Assembly: GCF_009914755.1 (NCBI RefSeq)
Contig: NC_060942.1
Reading direction: 5' to 3' (one strand)
Source: the human T2T-CHM13v2.0 reference genome, Homo sapiens
DNA length: 64,000 nt
The notes beneath the pieces are model-generated. The model worked only from the letters and a program-made list of their open reading frames with translations. It ran no database searches and had not been told where the DNA came from. The number at the start of each line of letters is the position of its first letter. Position 1 is the stretch's first letter. This document shows, piece after piece, positions 29,652 through 45,960 of the stretch. The translations under genes were made by a program, and so were the position numbers.

Positions 29652-30004
29652 GCATGGTAACCAGTTGCCAACAGACTTTGAGAGAAGTGACCTGCTTGGT
29701 CACTGACCATGGCACTCATCTGTCATTTGCATGGTGATCTGCATGGCAGAAGTGCTAGCTGTGAAGTCTGCAGTTTCGGCGCTGACAGTGACTCTATACA
29801 GGAGTACCTCGCTTTACTGTGCTTCACAGATACCATGTTTTTTACAAGTTGAAAGTGTATGGCAACCTCACATGGAGCAAGTCTCTCAGTGCCATCTTCT
29901 CAGTAGCATGGGTGCATTTCATGTATCTGTGCCACATTTTGGCAATTCTTGTGATATTTTCAACTTCTTATTATATGTTATGGTGATCTGTGACAGTGAT
30001 CTTT

Positions 30005-30501
30005 TTTAAAATTCTTTTTAATTTTAATTTTTAAAATGTTTATTTCAATAGGTTTTTTGGGGAACAGGTGGTTTTGGTTACATGGATAAGTTCTTTAGTG
30101 GTGATTTCTGAAATTTGGGTGCACCCATCACCCGAGCAGTGTATGCTGTACCCGATATTTAGTCTTTTATCTCTTACCCTCCTCCCAACTTCCCCGCGAA
30201 GTCCCCATAGTCCATTATATCATTCTTATGCCTTTGCATCTTCATAGCTTAGCTCCCACTTATAAGTGAGAACATATGATACTTAGTTTTTCATTCCTGA
30301 GATACTCCACTTGGAACAATAGCCTCCATCCAAGTTGCTGCAAAAGACATTATTTCATTCCTTTGTATGATTGAGTAGTATTCCATGGTGTGTATATCTA
30401 CCACATTTTCTTTATCCCCTCATTGGTCAGTGAGCACTTAGGTTGGCTCCATATCTTTGCAATTGTGAATTGTGCTGCTATAAACATGCATGCATATGTG
30501 A
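30005..30501 (-). mobile_element. L1PB-like 3' end inserted in Tigger1
   Basis: ggttacatggataagttctttagtggtgatttctg...cccacttataagtgagaacat. TSD acagtgatcttt. Confidence 0.92.
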
Positions 30502-31883
30502 TACAGTGATCTTTGATGTTACTATTGTAGTTGTTTTGGGGCACCACAAACCATACCCATATAAGACAGTGAACTTAGTGTTGTGTGTGTTCTGACTGCT
30601 CCACTAGCTGTTCCGTCACTTCTCTTCCTTTCCTTGGGCCCCTCTAATTCTCCAAGACACAAGAATATTGAAATTAGGACAAATAATAACCCTACCGTGG
30701 CCTCTATGTGTTCAAGTGGAAGGAAGAGTTGCACATCTCTCACTTTAAGTCAAAAGTTCAAGATGATTAAACTTAGTGAGGAAGGCAGGTTGAAAGCCTG
30801 GTAGTCTGAAAGCTAGGCCTCTCATGCCAAACAGTTAGCCAAGTTATGAATGCAAAGGAAAAGTTCTTGAAGGAAATTAAAAGTGCTACTCCAGTGAACA
30901 CACAAATGATAAGAAAGCAAAACAGCCTCATTGTTGACATGAAGAAAGTTTAAGTGGTCTGGATAGAAGGTCAAACCAGCCACAACATTCCCTTAAGACA
31001 AAGCCTAATCCAGAGCAAGATCCTAACTCACTTCAATTCTATGAAGGCTGAGAGAGGTGAGGAAGCTGCAGGAGAAAAGTTGGAAGCTAGCAGAGGTAGG
31101 TTCATGAGGTTCAATGAAAGAAAACATCTACATACCATCAAAGTGCAGGGTAAAGCAGCAAGTGCTGGGGTAGAAGCTGCAGCAGGTTATCCAGAAGCTC
31201 TAGCTAAGATCACTGATGAAGGTGGCTGCACTAAATAACAGATTTTCAGTGTAGGTGGAATAACCCTCTATTGGAAGGAGATGCCATGTAGGGTTTTCAT
31301 AGCTGGAGAGGTCAATGCCTGGCCTCAAAGCTTCAAAGGACAGGCTAAATTTCTCACTAGGGGCTAATGCAGCTGGAGACTTTAAATTGCAGCCAATGCT
31401 CATTTCCCATTCCAAAAATCCTAGGGTCCTAAAGAATCATGCTAAATCTATGCTGCCTGTGCTCTAGAAATAGAACAACAAAACTGGATGACAGCAGATC
31501 TAAAATAGATCCATAGATGTATTTTTAGCCCACTGTTGAGACCTACTGCTCAGGAAAAAAAAAGATTCCTTTCAAAGTATTACTGCTCATTAATAATGCA
31601 CCTGGTCACCAAGAGCTCTGATAGAGACCTACAGAGAGGTTAATGTTATTTTCATGCCTGCTAACACAACATCCACTCTGTAGCCCATGGATTGAGGAGC
31701 AATTTTTACTTTTAAGTCTTATTCTTTAAGAAATAAATTTCCTAAGGGTATAGCTGCTATAAATAGTGATCCTTCTGATGGATCTGGGCAAAGTAAATTG
31801 AAAACCTTCTGAAAAGGATTCCTCATTCTAGATGCCATTAAGAACATTCATGACTCATGAGAAAAGGTCAAAATATCAGCATC

Positions 31884-32197
31884 GGCCAGGCACAGTGGCT
31901 CATGCCTGTAATTCCAGCACTTTAGGAAGCTGAGGCTGGAGGATCACCTGAGCCCAGGAGTTCAAGACTAGCCTTTGGCAACACAGGGAGACATCATCTG
32001 TACACAAAATTTAAAACAAAAACAAAAACAGCCAGGCATCATGGTGTGCACCTATGGTGCCAGCTGCTCAGGAGGCTGAAGTGGGAAGATCAATTATGCC
32101 TAGGAGGTCGAGACTGGAGTCAGCCATGATCATGCCACTGCACTCCAGCCTTGACAACAAAGCAAAACCCTGTCTCAAAGACAGCAACAAAAACACA
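31884..32197 (+). mobile_element. AluJ inserted in Tigger1
   Basis: Diverged dimeric Alu. Tigger1 sequence resumes after it. Confidence 0.9.
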
Positions 32198-33139
32198 ACA
32201 GGTATTTGGAAGAATTGGGTTCCACCCCTCCTGGATGACTCTGAGGGATTTAAGACTTCAGTGAGGAACTAACTGCAAATAAGGTAGAAATAGCAAGAGA
32301 ACTAAAATTAGAAGTGGAGCCTGAAGATGTGACTGAATTGCTGCAACCTCATGATCAAACTTGAGTGGATAAGGAGTTGCTTCTTATGGATAAGCAAAGT
32401 AAGTGGTTTCCTGAGATAAAATCTACTCCTGGTGAAAATGCTGTGAATATTGTTGAAATGACAACAAAGGATTAGAATATTTCATAAACTTAGTTGTTAA
32501 AGCATTGGTAGAGCTTGAGAGGATTGACTTCAATTTTGAAAGAAGTTCTGCTGTGGATCAAATGCTATCAAATAGCATTGCATGTACAGAGAAATCTTTT
32601 GTCAAAGGAAGAGTCAATCAGTGAGGCACTCTTCATTGTTTTCTTATTTTAAGAAATTGCCACAGCTACCCCAGCCTTCAGCAACCACCACTGTGATCAT
32701 TCAGCAGCCGTCAACATTGAGGCAAGACCCTCCACCAGCAAAAAGATTACAACACAATGAAGGCTCAGGTGATCATTAGCACTTTTTAGCAATGAAGTGT
32801 CTTTGATTTAAGGTATGTACCTTTTTTAGACGTAATGCTGTCACACGCTAGAGAGACTACAGTATGGTGGAAACCTAACTTTTATATGCACTGGGAAGCC
32901 GAAATATCTGTGTGACTCACTTTGTTGCAATATTCACTTTATTTTGGCGGCCTGGAACTGAATCTGCAGCATCTCCGAGTATGTCTGTGTTGTAGTAACT
33001 GAAATGTGAACCGTATTGTTCAGAGGCAGGTGTTATTTAACTAAATCATGGGAACTGAGATGTTTTTGTATCTGAACTGCGTAAAGTGGGGATAGCCTCT
33101 CCGTGGTTAGATCTAGAATGGAAGAGGTAATATGTTTTT

Positions 33140-33295
33140 GTGGGAATGGGGACCTATGATTTTAGCTAAATCCCAGGAGTCAGCTTGGAGACTTTCTGCA
33201 TGTCATGCAGCCTCCTGGGGCCTCAGTTTCTCTTCTGTACAAGGCTGAATAACCTTCACAAAGTCTCTTCTAGCTCTAAAACTATTTGGTTCTAT
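33140..33295 (+). mobile_element. MIR/MIR3
   Basis: ctggggcctcagtttctcttctgtac core. Confidence 0.55.
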
Positions 33296-33359
33296 GATGC
33301 AGGAGTCCTTTAGAGAGAGTTCCAAAGAGAGGCATAAATAATTATTAGAAATCATCTTT

Positions 33360-33538
33360 GATATAATGGACTTTGGAGAGTTGGGGGGAATGTTGGGAGG
33401 GGGCGAGGGGTAAAAGACTACATATTGGGTACAGTGTACACTGCTTGTGTGATGGGTGCACTAAAATCCAGAATTCATGACTATAGAACCCACCCAAGTG
33501 ATTAAAACCACTTATACCCCAAAAGTATTGAAATAAAA
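33360..33538 (+). mobile_element. 5'-truncated L1PB-like 3' end
   Basis: aaaagactacatattgggtacagtgtacactgct. Exact TSD aaatcatcttt at 33349-33359 and 33539-33549. Confidence 0.92.
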
Positions 33539-34115
33539 AAATCATCTTTAAAAATATGAGGAAAGGCAAAGTCAGTTGGGTTGGCCTTTCTGGTGCAGAA
33601 TGACAGTGTCAACACCTGTTAAGTTTCCCAGCCAGGGCTGGTGATGGACTGTCTGTCTCCACGGCAGAGTATGGAAGCAGAGAGGCACTACCTGGGGCAG
33701 AGGGAGATACGGCTGAAAGCATGGAGAGGATTAATGTGGCTGGGGTGAGGAGTGAGAGGGAAACTTCAACACAAAACAAAACAGGAAGATAGTGGAGATG
33801 GTGCTCCAGTGATCTTTTTATCTGCTTGGAAAAAAATGGAATTAAATTCAGATCTTCCAAAGAAAAGCTAATACATGTAAGTTAGGAAAACGGCAGTGAT
33901 TTCTGGGAGCAACATTCTTCAAGCCTGGATTAGTTCACCCATAGAAGTCATGGAACTCATGTCCTCACACACAGGATCTGTGAGGAGCGGCCCAAGTGCA
34001 GCCTGCAGAAGGAAGAGGAGAAAACTGGACCTGCTCAGAAGGCCTCTGTCCACTGAGCTTTAGATCCTGTTTCTGAAAAGGGAAGGCAAAATGTGCTCAA
34101 AAAGAAATCACACAG

Positions 34116-34409
<294 letters not shown>

Positions 34410-37059
34410 CTATTAATAGAAAATGGGCATATTCTTTGAAAATTATGGGTAAAGAAAGGAAATATATGACATGAATTCTGTAATCGTTTTCTGATAGGTA
34501 GAAATTTCCCTCAAGGACTGACTTGAATGGACGGGGATGAGAAAGACAGTGATTGTTTCTGGCCCCTCAGTAGGAAAGGCGAGGGCATGGGTACAGGTGC
34601 CGGAACAGCCCCAGCATTGGTTCTCCCTCGGGCGTGCTGGGCCAAGAAACGTTGGCTCTCAGGAATAAAAATCCCCAGACCTCAAACAAAGAGAAGACCT
34701 TGGCCGCCTCTCTGTTTGCTCAGCTTAATGCCCCCAAATCAGACTGTATGAGGAAACACACAAGAAATGTATTTTTAGCGTCACTGGCATGGGGCATGTT
34801 CTGGGGACCAGAAAGATGTACAACATCTGGGATGTATGTACCATGACAGCTGATGTATGTAGTCGACATTTCTTTGTGCATAGAAATTAAGTTTCTAACA
34901 AGGAGCGCTTGCGTTGCTCCGTTTATCTAAATCAGGTTGGAAGGCAAAATATCGTGTTTTGTTTTTAAATGTAATTTCCTTCCTGTTCCTTTTCATGGTT
35001 GTGTCTCATGCTGGGCCTACAGGGTAGATATAGGCTGAGTAAGAAAATGTGGCCATATTTTAGCTATGCCATTATTTTAACCCCTCAGCCACACATCTGC
35101 TGTGGCATGAAGTACCTGACTGAAATAAATCTCCACCAGAGTCATGATACAGGAATGATCTTCCTAAAACCCTACATAACTATAGTCACTCAGTCATCTG
35201 TGGCCTCCTTTCCTTTGGGGACAACTTTGTAAGAAAATAATCTCAAAACAGGAACATCCCTTGTGGTTTTGTGAGGTGCTCGCCATGAGCTTCTGGAGTG
35301 GAAAAGGTTGTGTGCTTACAATGTGGGTGTTGAGTTCTTTTCAAACCTTAATGCTTTTGGACATATATTATGTTCCTAATAGTTTTGCTGCTCTTGATGT
35401 TCACATTCTGGATTCTTACTTCCTTAGATTCATTGAGTAATTTTATGTAGTTCACAGTTCCTAGGTTAAATGGACTTGATCAATTCTTCCTTGAGCTTTA
35501 GAGAACTAATGACTACTGCATTTAATTTGAGAAAATTAGAGATTGATTTTTCCAGGTATTCTGCCTCCTTCCTCCTCTAACTCTAACTGCATTTATGTTT
35601 AACTTTAAAATTTACACCCATATTTTTGGGATAACTAGGTTCCGATACTGTCCTGGGTATTACTGGTCAAATTCCAGTTGGCTGTAATATGTTGGGATTT
35701 CACATTTTGCTTGAAAATAAATATGGCAGTGGAGATTACTTGCACTGAAAAGTAAATTTTTTTGGCTTATTTTATACGTTACCCTATCCTGTCTTCTCTC
35801 ATTGCCTTTTGGACTTCAGAGATTGTCTCTGAATTATCAAATGATAGTGCAGTGGATGAAGTTTGGCCACAGATGCTAGTTGCTCAGCAGCAGTTCCTTT
35901 AAACGAATAAGGGTCTAAACTGCCCAGAGGGCCAGCACCAGAACAGGGTCTTGCACATTACATAAGCTCCATAAGTGTGCACAGTCTGATGATCATGTCA
36001 TCCAGCCTGCCCTACATTGCAGTTTGCTTTGTTCTGGGTGGCACTTGCCCCGGGGTCACAGAGCTGCCCTGACAGGTGACAGAGCCTGGCCAGCCCTCAC
36101 TGTAATACACTCTGCACCCTTCCTGCCTCCAGGCTTACAGACAGCCTAGTAACGGTTTCTGTAATCTGAGCTGTCTGCTGCTTCAGAATACATTTAGAGA
36201 TCAGTAAGCAAGTCACATTTTCCGTGTTAACCACTGTGGGCTAAACACAAGATGTTTTTGTGGGTGGGCAACTTTGTGTCTCCATGGACATTTTTTGGCC
36301 ATACTTATATAGTTAAGAAGTTATTAAATTACATGTGTTTTTCCCTTCTTTTGTTAGGGAAAATGCAAACTTCAGGAGCTTCAGATCTTCTTCTTGGGGA
36401 TCCCGTGGGGAGCTGGATCCTCAGATATTTAGGAGCGGACAGGTCCTCACAGGCTTCCACCTTCATCGTCTTCATCAGTCTCCGTTTATTGTGAGCTTTC
36501 AGAGCTTATGCTGAATTTTCTTGCTATGTTCAAATCACCAGGGCCCCAAGCCTTGGACCTATGTTGGGCTTTGATTTCATGAGAGCGTGTTAGAGGTTAC
36601 TCATGGAACACCTGTCAGGCCAAGGTAAAAGTGTATAAGGTGGGTCCTACCCTGGCACACTTAGCCTGTCTTTTTAAGCTTGAAACATTTAAAAGTATTT
36701 AGAGATCTTGTTGATGAAGACTCTGATTCAAAGTCAGAACTTGGAGAAATTCAGATAGACATCCTGAGAATTTTCAGCAGAAAGTAATATAGGCTTTTTC
36801 AGCTAGAAGGGCCATAGCTCACCATTGTGGATCAATTCAGGGAACTGGGGTGCTGGAGAAAGCATGATCCATACAGTCCCACCAGACTTTTGCCTCTTGC
36901 CAGGAAGTTGGAGAGATTGGAGATTATTGTTGTTGTATTTCATGTGTACTTTGTCGTATATGTTAACTCTTGTACTAACTTCTAGTAAACTGTATATAGG
37001 TCTCATTCCATAATAGGGGCCCACCCATTTTCAAAGAATCCATAATAACTCGTGGAGGG

Positions 37060-37255
37060 CTGAAGTCCTGGGTTGTATCCTGACTCTCTCTGTGAACTGT
37101 GACCTTGGAAGAGTAAACCGTTTCTTTAAACCTCAGTTTCCTCCTCTCTACAATGAGATAATAAACCAATTTCACATAATTACTGTGGGAATTAGATGAA
37201 TACAAATAAATCACCTAGCACAGTGTCTAGCATATAATAAATATACAACAGATAT
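37060..37255 (+). mobile_element. MIR
   Basis: ctgtgaccttggaagagt...cctcagtttcctcctctctacaatgagataata. Confidence 0.75.
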
Positions 37256-38660
37256 CGATTCCATTTATAAAGCTTCCTTCCTCCATTTATAAAGCTAAGA
37301 GTTAAATAACCCATTCTCGTATAATTGACCATGGATATCCGAGTCAGGTGGGCCTCGCTGACAGGTGAGCCAGGATTCTAGGGCCAAATAGAGACAGACG
37401 AGGTAATGGGAAAGGCTGACATCATAGGCCGTGGTAGCCCTCTCTGGGGACTACTTGTTAACACTGTCTTAAGACTATTTAAATTCCATATTTGTGTCTA
37501 TGTGTATATTTATTTAAAGAAGCCGTGGGTTCGCTTGGTCTTGTAACTTCCACCTTGGACAGCTGTGTCTCTGAGCTAATCCCAGGATCACAGGCTTAAT
37601 GCAATGCAGCTTGATGAGCTAAGCTCATGCAGAAGCCCTGGTGAAACCCAGGCTGGTGTTGCTGCCCAGCCTCTGCAAACATCCTGGTGCACAGGTGAGA
37701 GTTGTAGGTTCAACGTCTCTGCTCAAACCCACCTTACACTATTTGTAGGTGAGCAAGCCATTGACAGAGGCTCTTTCAAGCCCTGGGCTGTAACATCTCT
37801 CCATGCTTTCACTGAAAGGCATGTTTGCCCACCCCCACCCCCTCGTCTATTACCACTGTGGGCAAAGCATGGAAGGTATTTAGGTGGGTGGGCAACTTTT
37901 TTTCTTTGTGGACATTTTGCTATATTTAAATGGTTGTGAAGTAACTGAATTACATAACTGTTAAAGGGTCAGCCTTTAGAGAAGACAAATGTAAGCGGTG
38001 GAGCATATGGTCTCGATAGGCTTGGGTTCTGTTCGTCTCCCGAATAGGCCTTCCTTGTGCACAACACTGGCGTGCATTCTTTCTTCTGCCTGCCTCTGTT
38101 ATTACATTGGTTTTAAAGAAACCAAAATCCTTGGTGAGCTGCCTGTAGGCATGAGGGAAGGAAGGATGAGTATTTCTGACTTTGCTTTTTGAAAAGCTTC
38201 CAAATGTGGAGCAAAGAACAGGAGACAAACAAGGAGTGGTGGTGGTTCTTGCATGTCACTTTGAATGTAACTTTGAAGCCAGGTTGTCCTAGATGGCTTA
38301 TGGTTATAGGACAGTTGTCTTAAAAAACAAAAACTAAAACTACAGCACATAGACACCAACACAGATGAGCAAATGCTAAATTGTCATGTAATGCAAGTGA
38401 CTGATCAGATGTATAGCACTGGTGAAAGGTTCCTGCTGTTTTGCCAGCCTCTTGAAGGAATCTCAGTAGACTTACAAATTCACGTTTATGTTTCATCATT
38501 TAACAATGGTTCTTTATTTTACCTTTTTAAGGACCTAATAAATAAGTCAGACAATGACACAAGATTTGGAGAGCTGAAACATTTCTAAATTATATTACGA
38601 TCACTACTGCTTGAGGTATTTATTTGCATTTTATGGGGAATTTCTTAAGCAACCTGAAAT

Positions 38661-39003
<343 letters not shown>

Positions 39004-39709
39004 TAAAAGTGTCCATGTGTAAGAAAAAAGAACTGTAGGTCTTTGGACCATATCAAGGTTTTATTTACATATCCCCCTCTTCCCTACACCCAAAATTGAA
39101 TGTAGAAAAAGTGAGGGTGTTGCAAATACAAGTGACAGTAACAAACTTCGAATGAGGTTGAACCTTTACAGCAGCAGTGAAGCCATGAACGATCTCTTCC
39201 GGGTGTCCTAGAGGAGCCCTCGTGCCTTACAGGAAGTTCTAGCCCTGTGCAGCCAACACACACCTGTATTTGTTCAGATGTCACCTTGGTGGCACAGTGC
39301 AGATCCAGGGGACACCTGTGCCTCTGAGGCCGTCGGGGAGGGTGTGCTGTGGAGAGACCTGAGGACTCTGGTAGCGCCCTCCTTCACAAATGTGTGTACA
39401 TCGTGTGGCTCTTTATTGCTAGGGTGGCATTTGAAATTTCGTTTATTTCTAAAAACCAACAGAGCGGCACTTCAAGTGGACACTATTTTTGATTCAGGGA
39501 TCAGTGTCTGAGAGCATCAGTGTATTTCAATCCTAAAAAGTTTTATAAATTCTGTATAAGGTCATATAAAGGTGTTTAGGTTTGTTACCCTGGATAATGG
39601 CGATTCATTTGGAGAAGAAGCCTTTCACGATGCTTCCTGACGGCACCTTCTTTGAAGGAGAGTGGCCTTATATCAGCCTGTGTTCCTTAGGCAGCTGGCA
39701 TCCCTTCAT

Positions 39710-40017
39710 TTCATTTTGTTCCTTTATTTATTTTGAGACAGGGTCTTGCTCTGTTCCCCAGGCTGGAGTGCAGTGGCACAATCCTAGATCACTGCAGCCT
39801 CGAACTCCTAACCTCAAGTGATCTTTCCGCCTCAGCTTCTCGAATATCTGGGACTACAGGCACATGCTGCCACACCCGGCTAATTGTTTGATTTTTCTGC
39901 AGAGACAGAGTCTGGCTGTGTTGCCTAGGTTGGCCTTGAACTCCTGGACTCAAGCGATCCTCCCGCCTTGGCCTCCCAAAGTGCCAGGATTACAGATGTG
40001 AGCCACTGCACCTGGCC
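39710..40017 (-). mobile_element. AluJ
   Basis: Antisense dimer. TSD-like tggcatc(c/t)ctt. Confidence 0.92.
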
Positions 40018-40029
40018 TGGCATCTCTTT

Positions 40030-41950
<1,921 letters not shown>

Positions 41951-42345
41951 GCTTTGGCAAATACTTTCGAAGTGGAAACCTTGAGTGCTGAATGAACTCT
42001 CTAAGTTCCTGCTTTCCTTAGCTCATGGGCTCCAAGTATTGCTTACTTTTTCTTACTGTCATTTTAAAGATTACTTTATCCAGCACTTTAGTTGTTTCCA
42101 GCAGACGGTTCCTCTGGGGATCTCACTCACTGTTGCCAGACATGAAACTCACTCACCATCCTTCTAGTTCCAGAAACATGTGGCATCAACCTACGTGGCT
42201 CTCCCTGGTGTTCCGGAGGGAGCCGGGGAGCTGGGGTCAGCTCTTTCCCTGTCTGCCTTGGGTTTCCCTTCTTTCATTGATTTCCTCAAGGGGATGCTTA
42301 CCTTTTCTAAAAAGACTTGACAACTTCCAAAGGTTAGCAGAAATG

Positions 42346-42672
<327 letters not shown>

Positions 42673-43397
42673 TCATGTTATCTCAGGTAAATACCCAAAA
42701 AGTGCTGGTTTACCAGCTCATATTGATTTTTCATTTTCATGAGCTTCAAATTTTCTGAGGATATTTTATAACTAAGTCCTGTTGCCTCAAGTCTATGCTG
42801 TTAAGTACAAAAGCTTAAAGTTTAAAACATACTTGGAATTTGCTACGTAAAATATGCACTAGCTACAGGTGCATTTAGGTAATGAATACACATGAAAAAG
42901 AGGGTAGACCTGTGTGTGCCCTTGAGAACAAGGAATTTTCTCAACCATAAGAATCCTCTATAGACCCTATAATTTGCCAGTTCTTTTTTATCACACACTT
43001 GTTAGGGGATTGGGCAATGAAATGTTGCTGGTAATTCTTCAGAAGAATTCATGGGGATGAGTCGAATTTTCACCGTTTAGTTGGAGGCAGCTTCCCAAGT
43101 CTGCTAAAGCCTGTCTTCAGCTTCCCCTGAAAGTTGGCCCTGTTGGCATCCTCTGATCGAGAGGAGGGAGAACCTTGAATAGTAGCAGTGGGGTATAGAA
43201 TAACCATCACCCTAGACTCTAGGGTGATTCTTCCTAAATTGTACTTTACATATCTTTAGTGCTCTGTTTGCTGAGATATTAATAGATGTCTCTTGACAAA
43301 GGAAGTGACATATTCAGACAGAGCGGGAGGACATCGTGTACACGGCCCAGCTGCCTGGAATGTCCACATAGGAAGTGCTCGGGGCAGCTGTTCTTTA

Positions 43398-43727
<330 letters not shown>

Positions 43728-45960
43728 GCCCTCACATTCACTTGAGATTAAGAAGACAGGACAGGAAAGTCTTTGTCAGAGAATGCAAGGGATGTTGCTG
43801 TTGGAGAATACATCCCCACCCTCGGCACCTCTTGGACAGGCCACTGGAATTCGTCTTCCTGAAGACTCGCCATTGGAGGTAGCCTAGTGAATGCCTTGCA
43901 GAGTCAGAAAGCCCGTTAGACTTTGCTTAATGAGTCAGTCTCCCTACTGTTGTAGCCTTGGAGTCCTTTTTGTTTTTAGAAAAAGACCCATTAGCAGCTT
44001 GCAGAACACATATGTCCCATGAAGGGCAGTTTGGGAGAGGCTGACCCAACCGACTCTTGATCGCTGGCACTCGTGCAGCCTGGCTTTGCAAGCTATGAGG
44101 ACCTGAACACTTGGGAATTGTTCTGTGTCTTAACCATGAATATTTGTTTGCAAAATTTGGTTGAGAAGATTAATTACCTTCTTGTTAAGCATATTTACAT
44201 GATTAGACTATTTTGTGATTTGCTACAGGTGTAAAAATCAGCCTGTTGTGGAAGATCTGGAGTCATTAGGAGCTTTTGCACTTGCTCTCATTAGAGATGG
44301 GATAGAGCAAAACAAACCAGGAGAGTTGAAAGTATGACAGATTGCCTTATTAATGTCCTCTCTGAGTACCTGTGCTGGATGGATTGCCAGTGGAATAACT
44401 TGGGAGGTGGTACAAACCCACAAGATGACAGTCATCCTCTGTCATTGCTCTCTTTTGTGATATGAGTGGCGTGAGGAGGAAGAAGGGAGCAGTTGCTGCA
44501 TTTGATTTGGAAACTGAAGTTGTCACGGGGTCTGTTCCATGAGCACGTGACGAGGAGTCATCTGAGCTTTCTCTCAGCCATGTTGGTGACCTGCTCTGTT
44601 TTGGCATACAAAAATTATCTTAAATATGGGCACTCTTGTAAGATGAGAATGAGATATATGGAAAAATAAGGAAATTATACAAAGAGTAATAGACATTACT
44701 GGCACTGTAATTTGAAATCTAGTAGCCGTCTCTGTTTTCTCTAAGGCTGGTGAGTAATCAGCTCCAAGACTTGGTTTTGTCTCCATGGCAAGTGGCTGAA
44801 CATGCAGTGCCCTGGTCTCCTGTCTGCAGGTGGGCTAAGGACACTAGTGCTTACTTTGCAGGGTTATGGTGAAGTAATTCACGTGAAGCTCTTAGTTAAC
44901 AAATGCTACTTGTTGAACATGTTTGTTTTTATCATTTTTTTCCCCTAAAGCAGTATTTTGAAAACTGGAAAATATTTCCCATCTGTTTCTTTTGTTTAAG
45001 GTGATAAATGCTGTGGCATTCCATTGCCTTGCTTTTTAGCAGTGGCTGGCCAGGCTGACTTCTTGCTCTCTGGACAAGCTGCATAATTCTCTATTAGCCT
45101 GTAGCCTTGCTGTTTTCTAGAACCAAAGGACCTCTCCTCCTGCTATCCAGGCAGACCCTTGAAAGTGGAACATTATACATGATTCTAGAAAATCTCCTAC
45201 AACAGACCTTTTTTTGTTTTTTGTTTTTTTAACATTTGTGTAGCATTGCACTGTACCCTCATCGTATAATGTTGCTTAAGAGCATGCCTTTTACATATCT
45301 TTCCCCTGCAGGTCCTTGGAAGGGCTAGTCTGCATATCTCGTATCTGCACTGAGTGGTCCTAAGGGGTTGTTTGTTTGTTTAAACTGCAAATGTGATCTG
45401 TTTTCAGAGATGTGACTGACTTGCTGGGCTTCATGTCCTGGAACATGGCACCTGCTTGAAATCCTCAACAGTCTTTGTCCTGTGTCATCCAGGTAGAAGC
45501 TTACATGCTACAAAAAAAGGACTAGAATGATATGGCATCAGACACAAAAGCCATATCTGGAATGTTTAGCTCTGTCTTTTTTATCTAAGCCGAATGTGTT
45601 TTCTACTCTTTTAAATGAACCTAACACTTAAAAACCCAGCAGTAAATCCTAGGGTGTTTTGGGGCTTGGGGGGGGATTTTAGTCAGAAATTCATTGTCAG
45701 CTTTTTGCAAATATTTGATAGTGTTATCTTAAATGTATGTACGAAGTTTGTAAAGGTGCGTTTGATGCATTTACGAGGTGCTGAGAGTGGATGCTCCCAC
45801 CTGTCATTCCAGCCTCACATCCCCACCTTCCCGGCTCTGTCCTTTAGCCCAGATCCAGCTGCCCAGGAGCAGGAACGCTGTGCCCCCGGCAACATTCTAG
45901 ATAGCCTGTGCCCGTGGAGGTCCCAGTGTCCACAGCAGTCTCCTCTTGGTGCCCCCACTG

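Larger units (their letters stand above)
29799..32987 (+). mobile_element. Near full-length Tigger1 with a decayed transposase (TIGD1-like remnants)
   Basis: TA|caggagtacctc start and ctccgagtatgtctg end. ORF remnants RKSCTSLTLSQKFKMIKLSEEG and [21 protein letters not shown]...[11 protein letters not shown], with many stops and frameshifts. Confidence 0.95.

Noticed and set aside
30583-32779. TIGD1 or another domesticated transposase gene
   Set aside because: The Tigger1 ORF is broken by multiple stops, frameshifts and an Alu. It is a fossil copy.
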